NCBI RefSeq assembly: GCF_002571385.2
Contig: NW_019217908.1
Coordinates: 29,853-93,852, forward strand
Reading direction: 5' to 3'
DNA: 64,000 bases
From: Stylophora pistillata
Lineage: Eukaryota
Made by a program: the position numbers and the translations under genes. Below are positions 12,406-27,477 of this stretch, piece after piece. The first letter of the stretch is position 1, and each line of letters begins with the position of its first letter. The notes beneath the pieces are model-generated. The model was not told where the DNA came from, did no database searches, and saw only the letters and a list, made by a program, of their open reading frames with translations.

Positions 12406-13988
12406 AGTATACGATAATAGCTTACATACTCATAGTGCGGGAAAACTACTTTCTGGTTATAGAATGTATGGTCCAAAAATGGTGATGTATTACTCCCTAC
12501 AGGAATAATTGTTATCTTATTCTCATCTTTCAAAAAATGTCGTGAATATTATCTCGATGGTATATCAAAGCAACAATAACAAAAAAATACATAAATCTCT
12601 CTATTAGTTAGTTGTAAAAAACAAATAAAACATACCCGTTAAACAAATGTAGGGGGTGGACCCAAGAAACAAAAAGATACCCAGTGACTTAAAATTAGCA
12701 TTTTATCTGAATGTTAACTGACTGCAAATAACACTTTTAAACTGTAAATAACCAGATTTTGTTTATGCATTGAAATAAAAAGAGACGTTGATATTATCAG
12801 ATGTAAACTGGAAAAAATAATATGCATTATACAAAACTTATGTCGTGTGAAATATGAAATTTTTGTCGAGAGAAAAGGCACATTTCCACCTTTGTCCAGC
12901 AGGTGTTTTCGCGCCGCGGGAGACGAATTTAATTTGTTTCAACGACAATTCTATCATCAAATCTATCTCGACCATCAAATCTATCTCGTGGCACAAAAAA
13001 TCCTTTCTTCTTCAACTGACCCGACTCGTTTCCTACTTATTTTCTTCCTTTTGTGGTTGGAATTCGAGTTATCTTTATATTTCTTCTACTGCTGCTCAAA
13101 CAGGTTTTTTAGCATTCAGTTAGGCTCTCTACGAATGTTCAAAATCTTAATCGAAACGTTTGTGATAATATGCAAGTATGAATCTCTGCTGTACTGTTTT
13201 CATAGATAATAAACATAAAATATAAGATCGAGAATATGTTGAACATATCTTTTAAAACTCACTGAACTGAAAAAAAAATGGACCAATGTAGGAAGAAAAC
13301 GTGATATTTATTTGAAAAAAAATTATGGGGAATGGTTAATTAAAAGTTAATTCCCGGAAGAGCTCTTGAAATCGCCAGGTTCTCTGGTCGATAACGGGGG
13401 ATGTACCCTTATGAGCAAACAGGTAAATAATATCGGTCACATTCAAGCTGGATCATACAAAGTGCCTATAAAAATAGGGGTATGAGGATTGCAGCACCAA
13501 AGTAGTTAAATAGATTGACAGTTATATCTCCAAAGGTATTAAAAACGGAAATTTTTATTACTTCATTGTTATTTTTAATGATCAAAATTCTACGTTACTG
13601 GAAGTATACTTTTGCTCTAAGTACGATGAAGTGGATAGTTGTTTTGTTTTCATTCTTTATTTCAACCACTATGAAGAAATTTACGTTAATTCATTACTAC
13701 TATGATAGATCCTTTGGCACAAAATATTATTATTAAATCAGATGACAAGATGGCTTAAACGTACTCGCCTTAAACACCACAATATCAGATAAGGCTGATG
13801 TGTGTGCCCTTTCTGAAATTCTACGTTTGAATATAAGTATCATCTTTGGTTAGTCTGAACACACTTAACAGTGTAAACAATCAAGCAAGCAGATACAATA
13901 ACGCTTTAATGGTAGTCTCCTACGGCCCAAATGCTGGTTATTGATCGCAAAGATGACTTCAGGAAGCTCAAAGTTGTCTTCTTTGATC

Positions 13989-14891
13989 TCAACTTCTCAG
14001 TTCTTCTGCACCTCCGATGTTATCCAACGGTATTTCTTCAATTTTGGGCGTTTCCTCCACAACGGCAAATGCTTCTTTACACAATTTTCTACCCAGTGCT
14101 ATTCTAAATTCAGGCATTTGAAAAGAATAAATAATCGGATTTAAGAATGAGTTAGCATAATGTAGTAACTTGCAGAAAAACAAGGCATTGTGAGGTAATT
14201 TGGCTTTTAAACAGAAATTACAAAAAAAGTTAATTATGTTTAAAAGATGAAAAGGTAACCAAGTTACTACAAAAGTCAACGTGATGGTCAAAAGCATTCT
14301 TGCTACTTTTTTATCGCTCCCTGACGCGCGGCTATGAGTGGTAAAATAGAATTTAACTCTTATCCAAATGCCTAAATATGATGCACAGATAACAAGCAGG
14401 CATGCGCTCAACGATGACATCATAACATAAAAGAATACGTCAAAGGAAACAAATTGAAACTTGTACAATAAGTGAAGTATAGTGACGACGAAGGAAGAGA
14501 TCCAAACTATAGCAATCATTGACAGGCATTTCAGATCTGACAGAACGTGGACGCGGTGAGGCGGTCTGCAAAACGCGTACAGGCGCTCTAAGCCAATGGC
14601 TGTTAATGTGAAAACAGACGCAAAACCAGAAGCTATGTCCACAGCAGTGTATATGCTTTGATATGTGACGTTGTCTATGTGATGGCTTAGCAGAATTACG
14701 TACATAGGAACAGTTACTGCGCCGACAAGTAAGTCAGCAGCTGCTAAGTTGAGCAGGAAGTAGCTTGTACGCATCTGCATCAATTTTTTACAACCACAGA
14801 AGGCGACCAACGTTAAGACGTTTCCTGACACGATGATAAAAGCAATTAGGCTAAATGCTAAACTCCATCCGATAGTTTGCAAAGACGTCAT
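13989..14891 (-). CDS. Class A GPCR, adenosine/biogenic-amine receptor-like orphan (300 aa)
   Basis: GN (TM1), NLAAADLLVG, LERLY, TWLPFH, FFCNFC (ECL3), NSFLNPIIY, EFR. The only minus-strand member of the array. Confidence 0.95.
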   Translation of the reverse strand: MTSLQTIGWSLAFSLIAFIIVSGNVLTLVAFCGCKKLMQMRTSYFLLNLAAADLLVGAVTVPMYVILLSHHIDNVTYQSIYTAVDIASGFASVFTLTAIGLERLYAFCRPPHRVHVLSDLKCLSMIAIVWISSFVVTILHLLYKFQFVSFDVFFYVMMSSLSACLLVICASYLGIWIRVKFYFTTHSRASGSDKKVARMLLTITLTFVVTWLPFHLLNIINFFCNFCLKAKLPHNALFFCKLLHYANSFLNPIIYSFQMPEFRIALGRKLCKEAFAVVEETPKIEEIPLDNIGGAEELRS

Positions 14892-17800
14892 TGTAAACGA
14901 TATTGATAATGTAAACTGTGGAGAGATGAAAAAAAACCTATCGTTAGAGTTGCTATAGCTTTAAAAGCTAGTACATGGGTAGAACATTCACTATTTTTCC
15001 TGGCTGTATTACTAAATTCTAGAACCTTGAGTCTTTCCTTCAAAATAGCATTGGCCCAAGGGAAGACTGGAAATAGGTAACAAGTACAATACGGACCATT
15101 TTCCACATTTCCAACCAAGAGAGTTGGCTTATCACTCAAACAATGATATTTTGTGCTCAAGCCCCCGTAAACAGAATCGGCGACAAGAAATGACCGAGTA
15201 TTTCGTCACTTTGTATGGTTCCCCCCCATCAAAAGTTTAACAAAGCATCGAGAATATACCTCTGTCATAACTGGCGAGACTAAGGTCTACTCTTTGGTAT
15301 TCGTGTTGTTTGCCTTTCTGGCCTCGAGGGTATGTTGGAAGACAATAAAAGTATCACTCTTAATCGAGGCCAAAAGTATACTTTGCATGTACAAGGAAGG
15401 ATGATAGTCAGCCCCGCCGTGATAAAGAGGTGTATGGGTCGTAGAATTCTGATAGTATATTACACTGATACAGAGAGTGCGAGAACGAACGCAAGGGGGG
15501 AAGGGGGATCAATCGACAATTGCCTGCCTATGCGGGGATCATTAGAATATCACAGAACCTTACTTGGGCATCAGGTAATTGTTATGGTGACACACTCTCC
15601 CCCTCCCTCCCCCTCCCTCCCCCTTCCTCCCCCTCGGCGGTAAGTAATAACCGGTCACTTAAATAATGAAATTAATTTTCAAGAATCATAAAATCTCAAA
15701 AGAGCTGAGTAATCAGAATTTTGACAGCGAAAATGCAAAAACACTTCTTTGAATCACGAAATATGAAAAGGAAACTTATTTTTGTACATGAAACATGTCA
15801 AAATCTAGGAGGAACAAATTGGACCGATTCTCAGTGAAGAGTCAGAAAGTAATCCTTTGTAATATTGGATTACTTTTTTCTTCGCCTGTCTAATGTTTTC
15901 TATAATTGATCAGACTTAAAGGTTGATTCTATCAGCAGCTGTTCACCGTTGACTTTGGATAACATGGAATGATCTTGACCCTTAGGAACGAAGCAGTCTT
16001 TTAATTAGCATCAGGAACTTTGCTTCCCATGAAAAGTTCGATTGATGTAAACAGAGACTATATTTAAATGAAGTGCTTTGGCTTTCGATCAAAATTCTTC
16101 TCACAGCTGAGCTGCAGTCGAAGAAATTGCAGAAAGAAGCTTGAAAGAAATTATGTTTCGACATGATTATTGCTTTACTTTTAGAAATAAAATTATTGCT
16201 CAAAAACTCATGCAGGGAAAGATTAAAACAAACGAGCTGATTAGCATTTTGGGATGAGACAAAAAACTTTCGCGATCGTTAAGTATCATTGTACTATCAG
16301 TGTAACCTATATCTTTAAATTTGTGCGTAATTGAAGCATTTACGAAACCTTTCAACATAAACAAGAACTTGAAGGAATAGGTATTTTGTCAACCAGTTAG
16401 TTCCTTAAGCTTCAACAAATGTTTCAATAAAACTTATGTCGAAGTCGTAGACCGATACTCAACTCAATGATGCATTTGTTCGGAGTGTTAAGCCACAACA
16501 CCCCGAGGAAACTTTCAACATTAATGCAAAATGAGTTCAAGATATAAATGAGGTTTTACGAAAGAAAATTCTATTATAGTTTTCTTAGAAAGCAATTGTT
16601 GCATTTGAAGGGTGTTTTATTTTTAATTTTTTTTTTTTTAAAAAGTAGCTTTCGAGAAACAATGTGGACAAATTACAGCTTCTTTCATTGGCTTAGCTAT
16701 GGTCCAAATTGTTCACATCAATTTGCTTCACAATTGATGAAAATCAAGATGTTTTATTCAACAATGCAGCATTTAGCAATTCATGAATAAACGGTAGCTA
16801 AAGACACCCACTTAAATAATGTCTTTACGATGTGTTTTAGTCGAGATTTCTAACTAAAATCGAGAACTAATGGAATAGGTTAAAATAAGCTCATATATGT
16901 TCCCGTTACTACTCATTCCTGGCCAACTTTTGTAATACTGATGGATCTTTGTTTTAAAACGATGCATTTTTGCCTTTGGGATTTATTTCCAAATGTAATG
17001 AGTCAGTAGCCATTCATCGGTTATCAATGCGGTTTAAAAACATCATTCGAATCGACCACATTTGATATCAAATTTTCAAATTTACACCTTTCTATCGGAA
17101 AATCCCACATTCTAGTTCCCCTTGTAAAGAAGAAAAGCCCAATTTATCATTTACAGATCTAGAAGATCTTTTCGCCGACAGTTTCTATAAATATAAATGC
17201 CTTTTGTGAAAGATCGTTGATTACGGTTGGTCTTTAAAAGCCGAAGGCGTTAAGACGTTCAAAGCAATACATCACCTTGGAATTGTGGTCAATCCTTGTC
17301 AGGTGAGTGTTGAGAAATTTTTGAACGGCGCTTTTCTTGCGAACGAAAGCTCTCGATCTACGTTGTACTGCCACTTTCTTTAGTCAAGTTTAGAATGATT
17401 AGTTAAGTTTACATTGGTTGGTGCCTAAAGGCTGGGTGCCCCACTGAGAAGAGAAAAGTTATTAAATCGATCTATCATTTCAGTGGGTAAGTGAAATTTG
17501 GATTTTTTCGTATAATCTATCATTATTCAATGTTTTGTTTTATTGAATATTTTACACCTATCCCCTGATTTCACGAGCAACGCATTCTTCCAAATTTGAG
17601 CAAAAATGCGATCGGAAATAGGCCAGTGTAAGGAATTTACAGCTAGATTCTCATTAAAAAAAACTACAGAAAAAGCCGAGTCAAATCCCGCTGAACAAAT
17701 TAAAGGGAAATGTTCTATCAGCGAACTAAAGGAAGATTATTTCTTTCCAGCTGGCATTTTTCAAGAAAGAATTGTTTTACCAGGTACTGAAAAAAGAAAA

Positions 17801-20800
17801 AGAAAAAGATAATTTCAATGAATCTAATTTTTTTCTTTTTGCAGTTCCCTTATAATCATATTTAAAATTTTAAGGAGTCAAAACAGAAGTTAAATCTAAC
17901 CGATAGGCGTGAAGCAGCTGTCCTGTAAATGAATTGACGAGATATATTTTGAAAATAGAAAGCAATTTATCGGGAAAATTATTGAGTAAACAAAGAGTAA
18001 AACTAATTAGAAACAGCAGCATCCTTTGGAAGAAGGCCTGATTCGAATAAGAGGCATCTTATATGGAAATCGTGCTAAGCTACACTATTATTTGAACAGT
18101 AGAGTAGCGCATGCGTAAGTCAATAGCATGTGCCATTGCAACAGGATGCTTTTAAATCGTTGTTTAAAATACATCTTTTCTTTTATAGATTTTAAGTAAA
18201 AAGCTTAAAAAAGATAAAAAAAAAGAGGCTACAGCAACATATTATGGAAAACGCTAGTAAACTAAATTTCCTTGCAATTATTCTCGTCGAGTTATAAGAC
18301 AGTATAGTGATCCAGAGGTTAATTTAAGCTCAGTTTTAGCAGACATTAATAATGATGATTAAAAACAATAACAGCAAAAAAACAAAAAAAAAAATTAAAA
18401 ACAGAACAACTAAATATTCCAACAGTTGGGGAAAAAAAAAGAAACTTTGAACTGAGCAGTGGGAGCCAGGGGCATGAAGGAGGATGGGGTGAGATTAGCT
18501 CTTGATAACTGCAAAGGTTTTGAACTAGTCATCGGCTGATTGATAATATAAATTTATGCAGAAACTCTCCCTTTCCAGGTGCCGGTAAAAGAACACGGGA
18601 CAGGTTTACATTTCGTTTAATTGCCTCTTAAAAGTATCTCCTTTAGTTGTCATGGAATTTCAATGGAGAAATAGAAAATGGAAATATTGGATGGTACGAT
18701 ACATACATCTAATTGTAAAAAAGCTGTCATAGGAAAAAGTATAAAAAAGGAAGGAGAAACAACGAATAAATTAGCACTTAATATAAGCGTGCGGTGCTAC
18801 CATAAAATTTTTCCCTTTTTTTTTTGGACTTTTAGGATCGTCTGAGATTTCTAAAGAATATGAAATACTCTAACGAAGTATGAAAGAATTATTAAAAACA
18901 AATTCTGAGAAAATCATTCGGCTGACAGGTGTATAGCCAGAGGGTATTTTTGTATGCTACTAAATTCTAATTTGGCTTTTTCTTCTTTTGTTTTTGGCTT
19001 TTTGCTTTTTGCCATGATAACGTTCTTGCAATAAAGTGTATGTACTTATGTAAATATCTCTTTGTTTTAAACTAAAGTTATAAAATTAATTTTACAAATT
19101 GCATTTTCCCAAGCCAACACAAAAATATTAGCTGTGACAAATTTTAGCTTGCAATTATGTGAATTCGTAAGACTTGGTCTATCTCCTCTCCTGTTTCATG
19201 AAGGTTTTTCATGGAAAGTGAAAAAGTATAAACCAAAAAAATAAATAAATAAATAAAAAACGCTCTATTTTCGTATAAAAGGAGAAGAATCAAAAGTCGG
19301 AATAAATAGCAATGTTGAAATTACACGCACAAAATTTAATTGATAATTCGAAAAGGTAATCAAGTTTTCTCTTTAGTACAGAATTGGGAATTGTTCCTAA
19401 CTGAGCGAGGCTTTTGAGACATCCCATAATTCCAAAAACAAAATATTGATGTTCAATTCCGGGTCTGATTTAGACAGATGTTACCTAAGTTTAAATAAAT
19501 TATTGCCAAAATCTTTCATGATGACTGTCAGACAAAGGCTTCCTTTTACCTCTATAAATAGCGTTATCTATATTGCGTCCCTACGTCTTAAAGGGAAAGT
19601 AAAAGGAAAATTGCTTTTTTCTGCGGAAGACTGGAAAAATGTCAGCTTTATTCGATTGTACGTGGGATTGAAATATCCCCCCACGCAACAATTTAAGAGC
19701 GACTTCCTCTGGTCAAAACCAAATAAATCAAAGCTCTTTCCCGCAAACTCACTGCAGGCGTTCTACTGATATAAATTGCTGTAAGTTGAGAAACCCAACA
19801 GCCGGTCCTTTTGGTTAACATTTACGGCACAAATATATTTTCGTTGTTAGCGCGAGTTTGTGTGAAAGAAACGAATATACGTTATAGTTATCTTCAGAGG
19901 TCGACATATGGTGTTGTGCAAATACAAACTGTGTGCGGGTGTCGTTTTGATTGAAATCGTGCAATGGAAATCAAATGACATCAATCCAACCACAAAATTT
20001 TTGCTTAGGGCAGTCGGTGTTTCGAACGCATTTGCGCGTCTCAAATCTTCGATACCATGTTTCATGTTTATATTGGTAAATGATTGTTGATTTTACGTGA
20101 CAGAGTGCACATGAACATATTTGGGTCAGTTTCCTCGTAAAGTTTTTTTCCATAATATATGCAGCATATTTAAAATCTTAAAAACCATCCCACTGATTGA
20201 CAAAACTTTCCTCGTTTTTAATTTAAAATTTGCAGACAAGTGCATCATTAGATTTTTGTTGTTTTCATTTAGACCATTTAAACTTAATTGTCGAAATTCT
20301 AAAATAAGAATTACTGATTTTCTTTGTAACAAAACAGGATTGGAAGTGCTCTTTTGGCGAAGTTTTATCTTTCAGCTATAGTTGGCCTAAAATACAGGTG
20401 ACTGTATCATTTAAGATGGTAGATGCAAGCTAAATCCGACGCTAAATCATTTGAGGCGATATTCAACAATTTTTACAATTAGCATATTTGTAATGTAAAC
20501 ATCCTGATATGAGATATGAAACATTGAAACCTCAAACTGTGGACTCCATTATTATTTTCCTCTCACGGCGAAGTTAAAGTCATAAGGATAATGTTTTTCT
20601 GAGGTAAGTCTGCAAAGTAAATCCCTAAAATGTATATCAAATTGACTCGTAAATAAGCTTGAAATTTAAATCATGTAGGTAAAAGGATCAGAAGCTCGAC
20701 CAATCGAAACATTTTAAAACAGCATCTTCCTGTTTCCCATTTCTGTTTTCGGAATTTCCCATAACTGACAGAAATGCTGTTGATGTTAGATCCTGGCCTG

Positions 20801-21952
20801 AAACCAAAACATGTGCTTGACTGCTAAACATTTTTATTTTGTGAATTCTCTTACTCGACTCCGTCCAGAAAAATGTAATTCTTCCATAATTTATTCCCTC
20901 TAAAAACAGGTATTCAAATTTCGAAATGCTAAACTACATTTCTAGTTTTTGTAAATTTGCTCGTCGTAAAGCGAGAAATGAGAAGTATTGAAGGTAATCT
21001 TTGCGGTGGATACAGTCGGCTTTGTTAATCTTTCACAGTTCAAAATGCTCTAAGACATATTAAATAAATTTTGTTGCACAAAAAAAAATCCTAATTAGCG
21101 GTGTTTTGTATCCCAGATCTCTTAATGCTATAATTGGCAACTTACCACTGACCATCATTGTGTGACGTTTGCGAAAAGGACGAGCAGAAGATAAGTTAGT
21201 CTTTTTCTGCGTACACCAAAAAAATTAGCAGATGTTTTGCCTCAGGCTTGCTATTTTTCTTTGGATAAACTGAGACATTTTAGCTGTTTTTAGATATAAC
21301 AAAACATATCAGTATAGCTTGAGCAAGCTGTGACATAAAAGGAAAATAATGTCATTAACGAACAGAGATGTGGCTATGATATTATTGACCGAAATTGGCC
21401 ACGATATGACATGGCGAAATTTGTCGCAAAAACTTGACAAGCATGAAGAAAATAAACTGAAATAAGCGAGAAAAGATGTATTAACGGTGGGGAGAGAATT
21501 CTTAAGTTTTGTCAGCGGTTCATTTCCTAATTGCCGTTTGCCAAAATTTAAAAAAGAAGGGTTTTTGTTTTCTCTTCCAGTTTTTCCTTTATGAAGCGAA
21601 AACTTCTAAAACTTGATTTTCAAGAAGTATCTAGGATATGCCTGTAGTTAATTCAAAATATGGAAGTTATCATGCTGTATACACCTGCTGTTAAACGTTT
21701 GGTACTTACCATCCTAACAGCAACCATTCAAAAATGGAATAAACATTCCCTGGGGATGCTTTAACCTAACGTATCGTTGGGTAAGTTGACGTGATACTTG
21801 AAAATCGCATTGCATCGAGATCTAGACCATTTCGTAGATTACAGCGCCTTAGTTCAATTTATTCAAGTCGCTTTACATCAGTTGCAAAGTTCAAAGTAGG
21901 AGGATAGCTGGTGTGGAAGAAACATTATGAACCAAAGAATGAATGCTTTTAA

Positions 21953-22646
21953 TATAAATGGGATTATCATTCGATGAATTTTCCCCCCATTCTCATTGGC
22001 TGGGAGCCCACCACGTGACCTGCAAATACCTACAAATAATAATCTGCTCATGCATACTACCGTCTAACTCCATTTTTGCTACAAATAATATTCTGCTCAT
22101 GCGCAGTAGTAACCACACTCTTGTGGTCGCTCTTGTGTGCAAACATTATCAGAATCGTTGAACAACAAGAAGACCGTAACAACCATTACGGCAACCTCTT
22201 CGATTCCTGTCGCTGAGAGTGCACCGCAAACACTTCTCACAGCCTCTCAGGAAGAGCATATTCTAAATGAGCTAAGTATCCAACAATCTAACACGCAGCA
22301 GACATTTAATAATTTTTACAACTGCACTTTCAACTTTTAAAGTGAACTTTCAGCGATTGTGTCAAAGCTAATCCATCAATGAATACTTTTCCCTTTTTTT
22401 TATCGGATTTGAAATCCTTGAAGACTGTGAACTTTTTCCTGCAAGTTTCAGCCATTTGAAGGCATACATTTTGTTAATTAACAGTTGCCTGTACGTACAA
22501 TTTAAAGTCGACAGATATTTGACGGAGAAGGAAACCATTTGATTTCTGGCAGCAGTGCGCGCTTGCCGCTTCCCCAAAAAAATTGAAAGCAAACTCGCTT
22601 GCCGCTTCCCCCAAAAATTTGAAAACAAACTCAGTGATCGAATGAT

Positions 22647-22680
<34 letters not shown>

Positions 22681-22805
22681 CGTGATTTTTCAGTATCTCG
22701 CAGATCAATTATTTGCCTCAGCCCTCGGCTTCGGCAAATAATTGATCTGCTCGCCACGGACAAATCACGATATTTTGCTCAACCTCGTCCAATAATTGTT
22801 AATTA
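21953..22805 (+). mobile_element. Non-autonomous hairpin-ended DNA element (Crypton- or Helentron-like deletion derivative)
   Basis: Subterminal inverted repeat TTATCATTCGAT (21964-21975) and ATCGAATGATAA (22637-22648). Terminal 152-nt segmented hairpin at 22649-22800. Residual ORF 22137-22340 ends FNNFYNCTFNF*, resembling C-termini of Crypton/DUF3504-type proteins (recognised from memory). Internal ~37-bp tandem duplication at ~22560-22632. Confidence 0.6.
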
Positions 22806-25800
22806 TTCTTCCATCTGATAGTTCAATGAGCGGTTTGACTGAGTGACTAGAAAAAGAACAAATAAAAAACTTTTTCAATGGTTATATTAATATTCTGCCT
22901 GTGCTCTCTAGCATAATCATTTGCATTCACCCAACTGACCATTTGTTATCCCAGTGAGAACCTCCAACTGGGATTCTTGTGTGACAGCAACATTCATATG
23001 GAAACTGTACGCAACCGCTGACTTTACACTCGTGCGCAACTACTCTGAAGATTGATCAGAATGAACGTATTTGGTATTCGATGTTTTCTTTTAGGCCTAC
23101 AAGCCAACATATAAATAGCACAGCAGTTGAAAATATTTAAGAAAATGTCATACTCATAATTTCAAAAGCCAGTTATTTTGACAGTTGTTGATGAAATCAT
23201 GAAGCTGAATTATGCCATGGCTTATATATGGCTGGCAATAAGCCATAAGTCCTCTTCTCCCGTTGCAAATTTCTGTAGTAAAGCCCAGTCTAACAGACCT
23301 TTTTAAGTTCTCACGACCATTTACATGTAACAGCTAAGTGATAATTTAATTTCTGGAGACATAAAAAGGACACTCATCAATGACAATTTTTCAGGTTACA
23401 CATAACGCATGACATGAAAGGAGGGAGAATGCTGTAAAGCTATGATGTTATCCTTTCAGCTCAGTTTACTCTACGATTGCATTAGAATGGGAGAGTCATT
23501 CTGCTGCTATATTCACGCATGAAAAAGGGAAAAACTGCTACGTGTTCAGTTATAGACTCTAAAGGTAATATGTATTGAAATTAGAAATTGGTTGGGGAAC
23601 CTTGGTCAGTGCGTGTTGTCCAAAAAAAAAACAAAAAAAAGAGAAAAGAAACAAACTCGCTTTCATCCTGCACGGACGGGGTTGATAATTTCCCTTTCTC
23701 ACGCTCTACTGCTTCTCTGATTCAATTTACAGCATATTACCGATCAGCAATGTAAGTTAAGTTTAACCTCTCAGTGGCCATTTCTCCGCCGTAGACAGTG
23801 TGAGGTTTTTCTTCGACATTCCACTGACTCCATTTCCTATTTAAGTCACCTAATAAACGGACGTTGTGTCGTGAAGTTTGTGCAGTAGTAGTGTTTAGAT
23901 GATAGGATAATAAATGATGTAAAACAAAGAAGCCTTGTGGCTCTCTATCGTTGAGTAGTGAAGGAGAAAAGCATCGGGGCCCTATATGATAACGACATGA
24001 TACCGCTGACATCGAGAGGACTCACTCACTACTCCGACAAGCAAGCTCCTAATATGGCTTTCATTGCGTTTAACATATTGCCTTGAAGATTTTGATCCTG
24101 TCTGCGTTTTGGAAGAATAGTTGGCATAGGCGTGGATCCGAGCCGCTTATTTGACTATCAACGAATTCCACTATCAGTTTCGTACAAAAAGATCGTCATT
24201 TATCGATCGACATCCAGATAGCATGTTAATAATTATCGAAGAGATCAGTCAGGCAATGCCGTAAATATTAGAAACACTGAAAAGTGTTTCCAAAACATTT
24301 CGTGCATAAAATACAGACGCCATGTTCTGGATTGCTCTGGAATTGTGAGGTAATTAGGGCTGTCGCCTTTAATGATTTCTCCAATTTTGTTTTGTTAGTA
24401 ACCAACTAATTGGGCTGCAAGTCATTTCCAGGTCTATCAATCATGTATACTTTGTTGAACATAAAAATTCGCTCGAGGTCCTGGAATCTTCGAGCAAAAT
24501 GACGTTTTGAAATCCGATTACAATTACGTTTTTCAGATATGTGATGATAACTGTTCTTATCGCGAGAATATCATTCTGAGAGTGAGTAAAGTCTGACACT
24601 TCATTTCTAATTAACATAAATCAGTTCCAGAACAAATATACACTTGGGAACTTTTTTTCAAGAAATTCACCACCTTTTTACAATCTTCGTAAAATTTGAA
24701 ATTAATTATGTTCAAAGGGCGGTAGGTCCAGACAAAACATTGACTGAAGACGTCCTATAGAAAAAGTAGCTGTAATTAATGAGTCAATATATTGCTGTTT
24801 TAGGAAAAGATCTTATTTTAACAAAATATCTCAGTTTTGAGGGGGGTAGATAATTTCTTGGATCAAAACCGAACTCATTATTTCTCAGTTCAAAAGAAAA
24901 CAAACAAGTTCAGAGAAGTTTTATTTAAGTTATGAACGCAGCCGTCGAACGAGATGTTCAAAAATCTGCATGGGATGAACACATGTGAACCAATCGATTC
25001 CGGAATCGGATGCTCTTCCATAGAACTATACTGACCTTGTTGGTGAGTTAGTTCATTCAATGGGTGAAACTGTTCAAAGCATTTCTTGTTACTCAGTGAT
25101 AACAATCTCAATGCTCTGTCACTATTTTGCTACAACATCTTGCGTCTCCTAAATGAGACCTGAAATGCACTTCACGCCGCCTCTTCTGGCCAAACGTCTA
25201 AACTCAGACTTTGTTATTGTGAAGACAGGGTTTGGTTGAATATTATAGATTTCTGGACGTAATTAGAGAAACACTTCGCGAATCTTGCAGGTTTAGAACG
25301 TACTGACATGGTAAACTAATAATGCAAATTCCACCAAAATAACCCAGCAAGAATTAGCAGCAGGCTATGGATCATAATTTATGCAACGTACACGTTACAA
25401 AAATAACCTTTGTTTCTGTAATGAATATATTTCTCAGTTCCAGTTTGCTGGTTTTAGACTTTGAAAAAAAACAATGTGATTTAGATCGCCGACTTTTAAG
25501 AAGGTTTGCTTAATAGCTGATCTTGATTTGGAAAGTCACTTGTACATCTTTTTCAAGATACTTTTATATTAATGACCCCTTAGGTTTTCAGTGTAAGAAC
25601 CAAAAAGTTGATGAAATACAGGTAATTTGGGATGAAATGTGATTCCTCCTCGGCCAAAAGTTTTTTCCGCAAATAAACGAGAACGTTTATTTGCGGGTGA
25701 AGTAAAACTAATGAACTATTCCAATAAAGGTTTCCTTTCTTTTACTCAGGGCATGTGGTCTTAGCTTCGTAGAAGGCTTTGGTTTTTGCAAATAAAAAAA

Positions 25801-27477
25801 AAAAATCCTTCGGATAAAAACAATAAATATTTGATGAAGGCCTTATTGACTTCAAGCTGCATAATGTGACAAATATTAATCACACACTTTCCTTATTCTA
25901 CGTAACTACTTGTCAGATATCTATGTGAGAATGTCATCGTAGGCTGACAAAATAAATTGCACTTGAACTTTGTTTACTTAATATCTAATATCTCCGACCA
26001 TATCCCCAAGCTATTACTAAGAGTTTTTTTTTTTGCACTGCTGTGTTTTCTTACGGTGAATACAATCTTAAGGTTTTTTCCTGATTCAGTGATTGGCAAC
26101 TGAAAATATCTCAGCGGGGAAAACTGCAAGGCGGACGCGCAATTTGTAAATTGTGTTTTGTACACTTGGGGGATGGTCAAAAAGATAAAAATGTGGTTCC
26201 GCTTTGAATAATGGTGTTTACAAATAGGGCTTTTACGCTTTATTTCTTTGACTCCAAAGCAATTTGAGGTATGGACTGACACCTATTCAGTCGACCACAC
26301 GCAAATGAATAATTTTAACGTTGCGCGGAAGGTTAGGCTAAACGATTCGAAACAGTTAGAGCACCCACAGCAGTACAGGAAGCATTGGGAGTACCAGTGA
26401 CAGTTTCTCACGGTTTTGTCTTCTACTTTGGTGATTTTAGCCGAAATTAAAGATATCACGGCGCTGGTGAGTGGATATCATGTTGTTCAATCGTACTCTA
26501 CTGCGTCCCAGTAGAACAGCAATGTTATGTAGGCGAAAAAAAAATTCGCGCAGCAACCATAGTAAATACGCTTCATCCCTTTCACTCAATAAATTATTTT
26601 TCATATTTGCTACTATATTTTGCGAAAGGACGCTTTAAAAGCATTATGTAAAATCGCCTAAATTTGCTTCGTCTAAGAAAACAAATCCCTTCAATTTTGT
26701 CTATGGGATTAAAAAAAAAAAAACAAGAAAACTTACTTCTGATCTTCCAAGTGGGATCTTTTCAGTTTCTGTTAATTTAAATTACAGTTGTCATTTTACA
26801 GAATTTCTTTAACGAATTTCAAAGAAAATTCAACATTTCCAAATACCACTTTTTAAACAGCTTTCAGAACTGCCTTCGTTTTAAATATCAATAGATAACA
26901 AACGATAAAGTACAACATGAAAGCATCGGGAAAAATAGGACTGCATGTAGGGTGCCATTAGCAATGCAGATATAATTCGGAATTCTAAGAGATATTTGGT
27001 AAGTTAAATAATTAAAAACATTTTAGATCTGCAGTTTTTTGTCACAATTTGTATATCTGATGTACTGGCCCACAAAGATAACATTTTTGTTTACCGTCCA
27101 TATCAGGCAAGCCGAAAGTAGTCTTGATACGAGCAAATATTTCAAGTACATAGTTTTTGACAGATATAATTGAATTGAGAAATTACTATCACGTTATTTG
27201 CTCGTTGTTTTGACTGCTGTCGTGTTTTAACCGTTTCTATTCATTTAACTATGACAAGGAGAATAGCGGAAAGACAAAGGACTCAAAAGAAGTATGAAAA
27301 ACATATATTAGTTTTGCTAATAGCTTTAGTGGCATTATTTCCTTACCCTCATTAAAGCAATCCTTAATTAGAAGTCGACTTTTTATATTCTTAGGTAATC
27401 GCTCCCCATTACTTGTGACATCCTAAAAAAAGACATCACATGTTTATTACATGTTCATCACAAAGCTTGGGGGAGTG

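Noticed and set aside
22368-22818. Overlapping antisense ORFs of 131 and 87 aa sharing RQIIDL motifs
   Set aside because: A consequence of the palindromic hairpin and tandem duplication, not protein coding.
23737-24012. Minus-strand ORF ending at a GTAATA donor-like site; similar candidates at 24890-25111, 31364-31603 and 32417-32626
   Set aside because: No recognisable domain and no consistent exon chain could be built without transcript data.
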